Shown here: piece after piece, positions 11,310 through 21,016 of the stretch | Layout of the letters: each line of letters begins with the position of its first letter | Position numbering within the stretch: the stretch's first letter is position 1 | Assembly (NCBI GenBank): GCA_963681965.1 | Contig: OY820579.1 | Coordinates: forward strand, 512,001-576,000 | DNA: 64,000 bases | Direction: 5' to 3' | Source: a bacterium | GTDB lineage: Bacteria; Electryoneota; JAOADG01 | The notes under the pieces: generated by a model | Databases searched by the model: none | Told to the model about the DNA's origin: nothing | What the model saw: the letters and a program-made list of their open reading frames with translations, nothing else | Made by a program: the position numbers and the translations under genes

Positions 11310-11600
11310 AGTAGTAGCGGGCTCGTGAGCCCTCCCGATTTTTGGTAGCGGCGGACTTTAGTCCGCCATTCCTGAAAAATTAAAAAAAAAGCGGACTTTA
11401 GTCCGCCACTACCAACGGAAAAGATAGATTGCTTCGTCTCTTCGGGCGCATCCGCCAGCCGGCGGACGCCCTTCGTTCCTCGCAACGACAAATCAGGATA
11501 CAGGATTCAAGATAAAGAATACAGGATACAAGAGCGGGCGCCCGCGGGGAGGCGCCCCTACTACAAGATAAAAAAAAGGTCGGAATAAATTCCGACCGAC
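11310..11600. repeat. Intergenic REP cluster (mixed families)
   Basis: GTAGCGGGCTCGTGAGCCC; GTAGCGGCGGACTTTAGTCCGCC plus inverted partner; AGATTGCTTCGTC...CTCGCAACGACA element; CAGGATA/CAAGATA heptamers; GGGCGCCC...GGCGCCCCTAC; GTCGGAATAAATTCCGAC. Confidence 0.85.
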
Positions 11601-11629
11601 TGGTATGACGATTGATGCGTTGGACAGTA

Positions 11630-12913
11630 TTACATAAACACCAGCGACACGAGCGAGAGTACGATCAGCAGCACCGTCAGCGAGATCGCAATCACATTGC
11701 CAATCTTGCCATTGACATATTCACCCATGATCCGCTTGTCGTTGATCAGGATCAGCATCGGAATCAATACAAACGGCAGCACCATACCGTTCACCTGCTG
11801 ACTCAGCACCATGATTTTAATCAGCGGCAGATCGGGAATCATGATCACCGCCGCACCGAGAATAATGATGCTGGTATAGATGCCATAAAATTCCGGCGCT
11901 TCTTCCCACTTCTTCTCGACACCACTTTCCCAGCCGAACGCTTCGCAAATGGTGTATGACGTCGACAACGGCAGAATGCTTGCGGCAAATAGCGACGCAT
12001 TCATCAAGCCGAACGCAAACAGACTCCCGGCAAACCTGCCGGCAAATGGCAATAGCGATTTTGCGGCATCGTCGGCAGTATTGATCAAAATCCCGTGCGG
12101 ATACAGCGTCACTGCGCAAAGAATCGTGATGAAACCCGCAATCACGATGACGGCAATACACCCGACAATCGTGTCCAATTTGCTGTAGCCGTATTGACTG
12201 ATGTGAATATTTTTTTCGGCGACACTCGCCTGCTGATAGAATTGCATCCACGGGGCGATCGTCGTTCCAATCACACCGATCAGCACCAGCACGAATCCGG
12301 GATCGATCGCTTTCGACGCATCCGCCGAGAGCTGTGGCTTTACGGTCGATTTCCAGACAGCATTCCAATCGGTATCGACCTGCATCCCGGCAATGATATA
12401 GGCGACATAAAAGAACACTGCGACCAGAAAGATCCGCTCGACCGTTTTGTAATTTCCCTTGACTGCGAGGAACCAGACCAGCACCGCCGCCAGCGGCACC
12501 GACACAAATCGCGGGATCCCCCAGATTTCGCCGGCACCCGCCACTCCGGAAAATTCCGCAATCACGTTGCCGAAATTGGTGAGCAGCACCCCGATCATCA
12601 TGTAGAACGTGAGCTTGACACCGAACCGCTCGCGAATTAGATCGGAGAGTCCTTTGCCGGTCACAACCCCCATCCGGTTCGCCATCTCCTGCACCACGAT
12701 CAACATGATCGCCATCGGGATGAACATCCAGAGCATCGAGAAACCGTAATGCGCACCCGCTTGCGAATACGTTGCGATGCCACCAGCGTCGTTATCGACA
12801 TTCGCAGTGATCAGACCCGGTCCGACAATCGCAAAGAAGATCCCTACCCGTCGAAGTGGACGGCGCAAGCGTTGCGGCAGATAGCGATTGATGGCAGTCG
12901 GTACGATATTCAT
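11630..12913 (-). CDS. Nramp-family divalent metal transporter (MgtE-associated, NRMT-like)
   Basis: GPGLITANVDNDAGGIATYSQAGA, GVIGTTIAPWMQF; multiple TM segments. Confidence 0.9.
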   Translation of the reverse strand: MNIVPTAINRYLPQRLRRPLRRVGIFFAIVGPGLITANVDNDAGGIATYSQAGAHYGFSMLWMFIPMAIMLIVVQEMANRMGVVTGKGLSDLIRERFGVKLTFYMMIGVLLTNFGNVIAEFSGVAGAGEIWGIPRFVSVPLAAVLVWFLAVKGNYKTVERIFLVAVFFYVAYIIAGMQVDTDWNAVWKSTVKPQLSADASKAIDPGFVLVLIGVIGTTIAPWMQFYQQASVAEKNIHISQYGYSKLDTIVGCIAVIVIAGFITILCAVTLYPHGILINTADDAAKSLLPFAGRFAGSLFAFGLMNASLFAASILPLSTSYTICEAFGWESGVEKKWEEAPEFYGIYTSIIILGAAVIMIPDLPLIKIMVLSQQVNGMVLPFVLIPMLILINDKRIMGEYVNGKIGNVIAISLTVLLIVLSLVSLVFM

Positions 12914-12989
12914 GTAGTGATTATGTTTCGTTCTTTATCGTAGTGCCGATTTCGAATCGGCATTGTGTTTAAAAAATTTTTCTATCATA

Positions 12990-13055
12990 GGAGGTGGGAC
13001 TTTAGTCCCGCCTAACATTTGCAGATAGATGGCGGCACTAAAGTGCCACCTCCGC
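12990..13055. repeat. Inverted REP pair (REPIN-like)
   Basis: GGAGGTGGGACTTTAGTCCCGCC ... GGCGGCACTAAAGTGCCACCTCC. Confidence 0.75.
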
Positions 13056-13064
13056 AATGATTTA

Positions 13065-14333
13065 TCAATCATTACGACGTTTCCAGAAGAGCGGCAACAA
13101 ATCGTCGAATGAGTGTTTCAATGAAATGATGCCGAGCATCTTATTCTCTTTTATCACCGGACAAAACGCGAGATCGTAGGTCGCAAACAGTTCCGCCACT
13201 TCGTTGATTTCGGTCTCCGGTTCAACCCAGAAGAAGCGGGTATGCATCAATTCCGATACTGCCGTATTCGGACCGGAAGTGAGAATTGAGCGCAACGACA
13301 CTACACCGACGCAATTCTCGTCGTCGTCTAGCACATAGATGTAGAGGAATGCCTCGATCTCTTTCGCTTTTTCGCGGATCTCATCCAACACATCTTGTGC
13401 CGATTCCGATTGCTTACATGTAATAAATTCATTCGACATCAGCGCGCCGGCGGTTTCATCTTTATGCGCGGCGAGTTCGGTGATGTCATCGCGGGTATCC
13501 GGTTCCACTGCAGCGAGCATCGCTTCGGCGACATCGACACCGACCACTTCGAGCACGTCCGCTGCGACCTGCAGCTCCATTTCCTCGAGAATGTCCGCCG
13601 ACTCTTCCGCCGTCAACGATTCGAGTACCGACTTCTGCACCTCTTCTTCGGACACTTCCAATGCGGCGGCTGCCGTCTCGGGACCGACGGCGCGGACAAT
13701 TTCGGCGCGTTCTTCCTTATCGAGATCTTCGAGGACATCGGCGAGTTCCGCAGGGTGCAAATTCCGCAGATTATTGATCTGAACCGAAAGTTGCAGTGCA
13801 TCGCCACCGCGACCCTGCACCGGTGCGACATATTTCCATGAAATCAACTCTTCGTTGATCTTCTTGCCGATCAGTTTCGCAAATGCTTTGACACCCGGTT
13901 CGAAGCCAAGGCGGCGCGCGAGACCGAGCAAACCGACATCGACGTGGATGATATAGCTTTCGCGACCGACCAGCATTTGTACGTCGTTCACCCGCTCGAC
14001 TTTCGCACCAGAAATATCGACGATTTGACGATCCCACAACCAGTCGCGCACGAGGAACTCGTCGGCGTCGACGGAGAATTCCTTTAGTCGATCGGTATTG
14101 ATCGTAATGCGTTCCTGATCGCGCCATTGCACGAATTCATTGGGCGTGGGGTGATAACGGTATTTGCGACCTTGACGGCGGATGACAACGGATCGAATGG
14201 GGGGAAAGACGGCGCTGGTGTAGGCGATGATATCGACGAGCTTACCGACACGATGCGCGGAAGCATCGAAGACGGGGCGATCCATCCAATCGGAGAGATA
14301 GAGAAATGTCTCGTGGAGTGTCGAAGTCGGCAC
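13065..14333 (-). CDS. MgtE-like cytoplasmic protein (PRC barrel + MgtE_N + CBS pair, no TM domain)
   Basis: DRQIVDISGAKVERVND, LHPAELADVLEDL, ETAGALM, YIYVLD...GVVSLR; GTG start. Confidence 0.85.
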   Translation of the reverse strand: MPTSTLHETFLYLSDWMDRPVFDASAHRVGKLVDIIAYTSAVFPPIRSVVIRRQGRKYRYHPTPNEFVQWRDQERITINTDRLKEFSVDADEFLVRDWLWDRQIVDISGAKVERVNDVQMLVGRESYIIHVDVGLLGLARRLGFEPGVKAFAKLIGKKINEELISWKYVAPVQGRGGDALQLSVQINNLRNLHPAELADVLEDLDKEERAEIVRAVGPETAAAALEVSEEEVQKSVLESLTAEESADILEEMELQVAADVLEVVGVDVAEAMLAAVEPDTRDDITELAAHKDETAGALMSNEFITCKQSESAQDVLDEIREKAKEIEAFLYIYVLDDDENCVGVVSLRSILTSGPNTAVSELMHTRFFWVEPETEINEVAELFATYDLAFCPVIKENKMLGIISLKHSFDDLLPLFWKRRND

Positions 14334-14591
14334 GAGTCCCTCCGGCGGAGGTTAAGAGTGTTTCGCCAATAGCTTTCGCTTCCTGTAACTAGGGTTGCAC
14401 GAATATACAAAAAAACCGTGTGCTGTCATAAGTACGTAGCGATGCAGTGAAATTGCTGATTCTCCGTCATGGAAGCGTGTAATATGTGCCGCAACCAGAA
14501 CACTCAATGTAAGATTGATCAAATCTGATCTATTGAGTGAAAACCAAGCGATCACAGCGGTTGGGCGTTAATCTGACGTTGCTATTTTTTT

Positions 14592-14653
14592 GTCAGGCTA
14601 AAGCCCAACCTCCGCGTGCAGAAGTTGATTTGTCAGGCTAAAGCCTGACCTCC
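14592..14653 (-). repeat. Two tandem GGAG-headed REPs at the 3' end of RAYT-1
   Basis: Reverse strand reads GGAGGTCAGGCTTTAGCCTGAC and GGAGGTTGGGCTTTAGCCTGAC. Confidence 0.8.
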
Positions 14654-15121
14654 GATGCTAATTGATTCTGGAACGATGGTAAATGGATATTCATCTATTT
14701 CCGAAACAAGTCGCTGTTTTACTGGATTCATCAGGATATATGTCCATACTTCGTCGAATTCTCCCTGATTGCGAATGATGCGATCGAAAGTTTCATTCAG
14801 CCATATTGAACCGCTTCGATGATTATATTGGTTTATTTTCAGTGAACTCACACCTTTCCAATATTTGACAATTTTTAATAGAGATTGCCAATTTCCGGGT
14901 GATACTTCTAGTGGCTGAGTAATTACATGAACGTGATCGGGCATAATACAGGCAATAAATAGGCGATACTCTATTTGGTTTTTACTGAGCAATACTTCCT
15001 GAATAATCGATTTTTCAGCGTCGGAAAACAAGTAATTTTTTGTCCGGAAAGTAGCGAAATATATCGAACCAGTGAGTTCCCAATGAGGAAGGTACCGTCG
15101 TCTTATCGTTAATCCGTTCAT
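14633..15121 (-). mobile_element. REP-associated tyrosine transposase (RAYT/TnpA-REP, IS200/IS605 Y1 HUH family) #1
   Basis: RR.LPHW...G.IYF.TFRT, HUH motif IMPDHVH, W....FDRIIRN...YI.MNPVK; flanked by REPs. Confidence 0.9.
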
Positions 15122-15191
15122 CTGAATGCCGATTTAGTTAGACGGATGTGTATCCGATGTAAGTCTGTAGTATGTTGGTTGTAAGTTAGTT

Positions 15192-15287
15192 GTATGTCGG
15201 AATTTATTCCGACTCTTTTTTCGTAATCACTTGTTAAAAAAACGAAAAAGAAAACACTCTCAAGAGTCGGAATAAATTCCGACATAC
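15192..15287. repeat. Inverted REP pair (REPIN) upstream of RAYT-1
   Basis: GTATGTCGGAATTTATTCCGAC (15192-15213) and its inverse GTCGGAATAAATTCCGACATAC (15266-15287). Confidence 0.85.
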
Positions 15288-15301
15288 GGATCCGTGCATC
15301 G

Positions 15302-17248
15302 TTATTTTTCGATCTGAGTTGTCTTTCTACCCAATCTTTTCATCACTGATTCGAGTGGCGTACCGGCGGGCAGATCGCGCACAACCGAATCGAAACTGTC
15401 GCCATCGCCGATCCACGCCGACACCTGATAGAACATCGCCGGACTGTATCGCGCCACACTGATATGCGTGAACGATGTCGCATCCGCGCCGAATGTCGCC
15501 CAGAGATATTGCCACGGAATCGTGTTGCTGTTGCGGAATGCGATCAGATAGCGCTGCACGGTCAGCGGTACGCCATTGAGCGACGTATCGACCCGCGCCC
15601 AGTTGAGCAGTGCGTCTTCGCCCGACACCGTCACCGTCAGATTGCGCGGTGGTGCGGGGACATACGACGAGGTGCCGGTGACATTCAGCCAGAGCGTATC
15701 GGCATTGATCGCATGGACGATCAGACCGATTCGCTGCGAAAACGTCCCTTGCGTACCCGGTCCGAAATAGAGCCAGAACAGCGCCGTATCGCCCGGATTG
15801 AAGCTGCCGGAGACATCGCCGAAAGCAAAGACGTCGGTATCGACAAACGAGAGATTCGTGAGTGGTTGATTGCCTGCCACCACGACCCGCACCGCGATGG
15901 AATCGTACAGTGTCGGTTCGACGGTGCGCGGAAAGTTGATGGTGGAATTGATCGGATGCGCATAGGTTCCGACGCCGGTGCCGGAGATCGGAATCGCGAT
16001 CGGATTGTACGGTGCTTCGAACGTTAGCCGCAACGTATCGCGATAGGTGAGCGTGGAATCGGGGCGGAACCGCACCCAGATCCGGAGGAAATCGTTGGCG
16101 TCGGTGAGCGAATCGCTGTCCTCCACCCGGTGCGAAAATACCCCGGAGGATGCGCCAGTAATGAAAGTGTAGCGGAAAGGTGAATTTTGGTAACAACGAA
16201 TAAGTAACTCTAAAGAATCTGTTTCGAAAAGCGGTTGATTTACAAATGACAGTGTATTTGGTGTAGATTCTAATGTTTCGAATATATAGATCCCTAGACC
16301 AGATATCGCATCGGCAGCATAAATAATGTTACCATCAACTGTAATTCTATGGGTATTATTATGTGTTAAGTAATATCCAATTTGTTCTGGTGAAGCCGGA
16401 TTACTAACATCAACAATTCTAATTCCACCTCCAGCATAATCTGCGATATAAGCGAGGTTGCCTATAATCTCTACATTTAATGCCCAACCTGGCGTGTCAA
16501 AAAATCCTATTTCGCTTAGATTATTCGATATATCTAGGATCCTTAAACCTGCCGAATTATCTGCGACATATGCATAATTTCCTTGAACAAAAACTGACCG
16601 CGGAAGAGGATCTGGAAATGATGTTTGCGAAACGACACTTGGAACACTCGGATTAACTACATTGACTACTTTTAGTTGATTACCGAGTGTTGTGATGTAA
16701 GCGAATTGACCATCCACGGTAACATGAGAAATTTCGGCTCCAACATTTAAATTGCCTACAAGAAGCGGATTTAATGGGTTTGTGATGTTTACTATTTGAA
16801 ACCAACCAGATGACTGACCGATATATGCATAATTACCCAAAACTTTTATGCCAGTTACGGTGGATGTTGAAAAAGTTACTGAGCCCACAATAATTGGTGA
16901 CGAAGGATTAGCGATGTTAACAATTTTTAAAGAACCGCCATCACCTACATATGCATAAGACCCAACAACATCAATTCCCCAACATTGACCAGATGCAATC
17001 CAAACACCAGCCAGAAGCGGGTTTCGAGGGTTAGTTACATCAATAATTCGTAAACCAGTATTAAGAGTATTATTTCGATCGGCGATATAAACATAGTTTC
17101 CCGTTTTAACAATGTTTACTGCTGCATCTGGAGTGTCAAGCGAGCTTAATTTTCTTACCCCCAAGCTATCCTGCGCCCAAGTCATCGCAGGAATCAGCAG
17201 CATAAAAAAAGCAATCGGCAGCAAAACCGCGGTTTTCAGAGGATGCAT
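15302..17248 (-). CDS. Secreted LVIVD-repeat beta-propeller protein with C-terminal Ig-like domains
   Basis: Signal peptide; repeated GNYAYVAD...GLRIIDVSNP..P units; C-terminal G.G-ending Ig-like folds and a P..P.NLT...LNW FN3-like tail. Confidence 0.85.
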   Translation of the reverse strand: MHPLKTAVLLPIAFFMLLIPAMTWAQDSLGVRKLSSLDTPDAAVNIVKTGNYVYIADRNNTLNTGLRIIDVTNPRNPLLAGVWIASGQCWGIDVVGSYAYVGDGGSLKIVNIANPSSPIIVGSVTFSTSTVTGIKVLGNYAYIGQSSGWFQIVNITNPLNPLLVGNLNVGAEISHVTVDGQFAYITTLGNQLKVVNVVNPSVPSVVSQTSFPDPLPRSVFVQGNYAYVADNSAGLRILDISNNLSEIGFFDTPGWALNVEIIGNLAYIADYAGGGIRIVDVSNPASPEQIGYYLTHNNTHRITVDGNIIYAADAISGLGIYIFETLESTPNTLSFVNQPLFETDSLELLIRCYQNSPFRYTFITGASSGVFSHRVEDSDSLTDANDFLRIWVRFRPDSTLTYRDTLRLTFEAPYNPIAIPISGTGVGTYAHPINSTINFPRTVEPTLYDSIAVRVVVAGNQPLTNLSFVDTDVFAFGDVSGSFNPGDTALFWLYFGPGTQGTFSQRIGLIVHAINADTLWLNVTGTSSYVPAPPRNLTVTVSGEDALLNWARVDTSLNGVPLTVQRYLIAFRNSNTIPWQYLWATFGADATSFTHISVARYSPAMFYQVSAWIGDGDSFDSVVRDLPAGTPLESVMKRLGRKTTQIEK

Positions 17249-17344
17249 CGGATACTCCGTCGGATGGAAGGAAATAGCTATTTATTTCTGAATATCATTT
17301 TATACTACAATCAAAAATTCCTATCCTGCAAGCGCCAGCCCCCC

Positions 17345-17655
17345 AAAATCAAAAAAATCTCAATAATCCCCGCACGAATCTTCCTTACCGTAGGTCAGAA
17401 CTTGTTCGAACCAATTGCGGTTCCTTCATTTTTTCTTTTTTAAATAAATGGAAAAGATAGTGGTCAGAACAAGTTCTGACCTACGGAAAAGAAGCGATTC
17501 AATCATTTAACCATTTTGGACCTACGAAACAAGCGCCACCGCCCTAAAACAAAATTCTCAATATTCTCGCACGAATCTTCCTTACCGTAGGTCAGAACAA
17601 GTTCTGACCTACGGAAAAGAAACGACTCGATCATTTAACCCATCTTCGACCTACC
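17345..17655. repeat. REPIN array downstream of RAYT-2
   Basis: GTAGGTCAGAACTTGTTC(G/T)(A/G)ACC ... GGTCAGAACAAGTTCTGACCTAC unit, plus a collapsed copy at about 17588; the same ~150 bp unit recurs at 18230-18380. Confidence 0.9.
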
Positions 17656-18124
17656 GAAGAGATTCTCTTTCCGGTATTATAGTAAACGGGTATTCCTCGA
17701 TTTGCGAAACAATGCCAGCCTTAACTGGATTCATTACGATATAATTCCACGTTTCATCGAAATCTTGTTGATTGCGAATGATATGATCGTAAGAATCAGT
17801 CTGCCATATCCGACCAGATCGATGGTGCAATTTATTAATTCGAATTGCGCTTGCCCCTTTCCATCGCTTCATGATTTGGGAAATCGACTTCCAATTCCCG
17901 CGAGGTATTTCGATCGGTTGAACAATGGCATGAACATGATCTGGCATGATACAGGCAACATATAACAGATATTCGATTTGATGCCCGCTTAATAGTAGCG
18001 ATCGGATAATGTCCAGATCGGGGTAAGTGAATCGGTATGCTTTAGTTCTAAAGGTTACAGCGTAAACCGAACCTTTGAGTTCCCAGTGCGGCAAGTGGCG
18101 GTAACGAATGGTTAACTCACTCAT
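17651..18124 (-). mobile_element. REP-associated tyrosine transposase (RAYT) #2
   Basis: RHLPHWELKG.VY.VTFRT, IMPDHVH, WQTDSYDHIIRN, YIVMNPVKAG; clear paralog of RAYT-1. Confidence 0.9.
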
Positions 18125-18214
18125 AATCTTTTCCGGCTAGTGTAAATATGTTTAAACTTTATTTATATTATAATAAACCTATAGTCATTCGCAAGAGTCT
18201 GTGCATTTAAATTA

Positions 18215-18380
18215 AAAAATCTCAATTTCCGCGCGAATCTTCCTTACCGTAGGTCAGAACTTGTTCTGACCAATTGCAGTTCCTTCATTTTTTTTTATAA
18301 ATAAATGGAAAAGATAATGGTCAGAACAAGTTCTGACCTACGGAAAAGAAGCGATTCGACTATTCAAACCATCTTGACCG
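18215..18380. repeat. REPIN upstream of RAYT-2 (direct repeat of about 17350-17520)
   Basis: CGAATCTTCCTTACCGTAGGTCAGAACTTGTTCTGACC...GGTCAGAACAAGTTCTGACCTACGGAAAAGAAGCGATTC. Confidence 0.9.
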
Positions 18381-18520
18381 TCTTAAAACGCACTCAAGAA
18401 AAAACGGGAATTATTAATCAGAAGATCAACATACGATTTCATCGGATTCCTAGGATTGAAATTTCTCGCATTCTCGACAATTGCCTTGCCCCCGCCCCCC
18501 TCATTTTCGTATATATAGAC

Positions 18521-18994
18521 ATGAAAAAGTTTCTGCTTCTTTTGCTTCTTCTCTTCGCCGGACTCGCATTCGCTATGCCGGAACAAGCGCAGCGCGTCAA
18601 GATCGGGAAAGCTACCGCCGTACTCGAAATCGCCGATGAGCAAGCCGAAATTGTCCAAGGTCTGTCCGATCGTACCGAACTCGCCCCCGATCACGGCATG
18701 TTGTTTGTTTTCCCCGACACTTCCCGCCGCTCGTTCTGGATGTACCACTGCAATTTCGATATCGACCTTGCCTACGTCGCACCCGACGGCACGATCCGCG
18801 AAACTCTGACGATGTACCTGGAACAGTACGACACTCCGCCCGAATTGCTGACCGTCTATCCGTCGAAAGCCGCCGATATCCAGTATGTCATCGAAATGCC
18901 CTCGGGCTGGTTCGAGACGCATGGCGTCAAAGCCGGACAAAAAGCCGATGTCACCCGCTTCAAATCGAAAGTAACCGACAAAACCTTCAAATAA
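18521..18994 (+). CDS. DUF192 family exported protein
   Basis: Signal peptide from ATG 18521; EIAD....GL..R..L....GMLFVF......FWM....DID. The ORF-track upstream extension is REPIN sequence. Confidence 0.9.
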   Translation: MKKFLLLLLLLFAGLAFAMPEQAQRVKIGKATAVLEIADEQAEIVQGLSDRTELAPDHGMLFVFPDTSRRSFWMYHCNFDIDLAYVAPDGTIRETLTMYLEQYDTPPELLTVYPSKAADIQYVIEMPSGWFETHGVKAGQKADVTRFKSKVTDKTFK

Positions 18995-19050
18995 TTACGA
19001 TTAATTAGTCGGCATATTTTTTTCGCAGTAACCTGCTCGTACCTTCTAAT

Positions 19051-20775
19051 ATGACGCAAACGCATCCCATCATTTTCGAACAACTGGTGTTGATCGCCGG
19101 AATCGGCGTAATCGCTGCCATCGTTTTGCGTCGTCTGAAACTCCCGATCGTCACCATTCTGCTGATTGCCGGCGCCTTCATCGGTCCGTACGGTTTTCGC
19201 CTGATCGACGACGAGAGTGCGATCGAGGGATTTGCCGAAGTCGGTGTCATCTTATTGCTGTTCAGCATCGGTCTTGAATTTTCGATCAGTAAATTGCTCC
19301 GCATCGGGAAGTACGTTACCTACGGCGGTTTACTGCAAGTGATTTTAACGATCTTCGCATCCGTCATCGTCGGTTCGTTCTTCGGTCAATCGGTCGCGCG
19401 CGGCATCTTCTTCGGATTTCTCATTGCGCTCTCCAGTACCGCGATCGTGTTGCGTGCACTCGGCGAACGGTCGGAAATCGACTCGCCGCATGGACGGTTC
19501 ATCGTCGGTATACTGATCTTTCAGGATCTCTGTGTCGTACCGATGGTGCTGCTGGTGCCAATTCTGGCGCAACCCGGCGCACTGTCGGCATTTTCGAAAA
19601 TCGGGTGGGCGCTGCTAAAAGCGATGCTCGTGGTCGGACTCACGATCTCGATCTCGCGCTGGCTGCTGCCGAAATTTTTTGCACTGGTCGATCGGGCGCA
19701 AAGCCGCGAAATTTTTATTCTCTCGGTGATGGTAATCTGCCTCGGTACCGCGTGGCTCACGTCGCTGGCGGGACTATCGCTGGCACTGGGCGCGTTCCTC
19801 GCCGGAATGATCCTTGCCGAAACCGATTACGCCCACCGCGCGACTTCCGATATTCTCCCGATCCGCGATATCTTCACCAGCTTCTTTTTCATCTCGCTTG
19901 GAATGCTGTTCGACGGTCGCGTGATCGTGGAAAATTGGTCGCTTGCACTGACACTGATCGTCGCAATAATTATCGGGAAAGCGATCATTGCTGGATTGTC
20001 CGGTCTGGTGATGCGATTCTCGATCAGTGTCGCGATCGTTGCCGGATTTGGACTCGCGCAATTCGGTGAATTTGGATTTATCCTCGCGAAATCGGGTAAT
20101 AGCCTCGGTCTGTTATCGAATGATGAAATGCGGTTGATCCTTGCCGCCGGCGTCATCACCATGATCGTCACGCCGCTTATCATCCGGTATTCGCCGCGAC
20201 TGGCGGCACGTACCGACCGGATGCGACGATTGCAGCGCATTCTCGGTGCGCGTGGCATCGGTGAAATTGCACCGGTACATAAACAGATGCACGATCACAT
20301 TGTTGTCGTGGGGTACGGTGTCGGTGGTCAAGTGCTGGCGGAAGCGCTGAAAGTAGAAAAATTGCCGTTTATCGTGATCGAGATGAATGCCGATCTGGTG
20401 CGTGAGGCGCGCCATTCCGGAATGCCGGCATATTATGGCGATATTGCGGGGCTTGAGACGATCGAACAGGCATCGGTGCGATCGGCACGCGCGTTGGCGC
20501 TGATGATCAACGATCCACGCGCCGTCGAGCGTGCACTCGTGACAATCAAACGACTCGCACCCGATGTACCGATTTATATGCGTGGACGGCGACTCCAGAA
20601 TGTGCCGTTTCTCAAAAAACTTGGCGCGAAACTAGTCATCGTTGAAGAAGTCGAAGCGGCTATTGCGATGCTGGGTAAGATCCTGAAATTGACTCCGCTA
20701 TCGCCCAATCAGCAGATCGAACACATTCAAACCGCCCGCGCGAAAATCAAAGAAGCGTATTATCGCGAATTATAG
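19051..20775 (+). CDS. CPA2 cation:proton antiporter with TrkA-N domain (KefB/KefC-like)
   Basis: AEVGVILLLFSIGLEFS, ALSSTAIV, LIFQD, GLAQFGEF, VVGYGVGG. Confidence 0.92.
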   Translation: MTQTHPIIFEQLVLIAGIGVIAAIVLRRLKLPIVTILLIAGAFIGPYGFRLIDDESAIEGFAEVGVILLLFSIGLEFSISKLLRIGKYVTYGGLLQVILTIFASVIVGSFFGQSVARGIFFGFLIALSSTAIVLRALGERSEIDSPHGRFIVGILIFQDLCVVPMVLLVPILAQPGALSAFSKIGWALLKAMLVVGLTISISRWLLPKFFALVDRAQSREIFILSVMVICLGTAWLTSLAGLSLALGAFLAGMILAETDYAHRATSDILPIRDIFTSFFFISLGMLFDGRVIVENWSLALTLIVAIIIGKAIIAGLSGLVMRFSISVAIVAGFGLAQFGEFGFILAKSGNSLGLLSNDEMRLILAAGVITMIVTPLIIRYSPRLAARTDRMRRLQRILGARGIGEIAPVHKQMHDHIVVVGYGVGGQVLAEALKVEKLPFIVIEMNADLVREARHSGMPAYYGDIAGLETIEQASVRSARALALMINDPRAVERALVTIKRLAPDVPIYMRGRRLQNVPFLKKLGAKLVIVEEVEAAIAMLGKILKLTPLSPNQQIEHIQTARAKIKEAYYREL

Positions 20776-20831
20776 AGCTGCGAGATAACCGAGATAATTT
20801 TATAATATCTCTTGAAAATACGTTATTATCG

Positions 20832-20995
20832 GTAGTAGGTGCGGATCCTCGCATCCACCCGCTTTTTTTATTCCGTAGGGGCGAATCGCATTCGCCCGTT
20901 CTTGTATCTTTTGTATTCCTGTATCTTGCAGTAGGGGCGGGCTCCCATGCCCGCCCGCAGATATTTGTAAGTACAGACACTCCTGTCTGTACATG
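20832..20995. repeat. Intergenic REP cluster between convergent genes
   Basis: GTAGGTGCGGATCCTCGCATCCACC, GTAGGGGCGAATCGCATTCGCCC, TATCTTG-type heptamers, GTAGGGGCGGGCTCCCATGCCCGCCC, GTACAGACACTCCTGTCTGTAC. Confidence 0.85.
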
Positions 20996-21016
20996 TTCGG
21001 CAAAGCCGAACTATCA

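Noticed and set aside
14340-14580. M-box or other riboswitch upstream of the Mg/Mn transport genes
   Set aside because: No recognisable conserved aptamer or terminator by eye; an Infernal search would be needed.
18305-18520. N-terminal extension of the DUF192 ORF
   Set aside because: Translates REPIN DNA; the signal peptide begins at ATG 18521.
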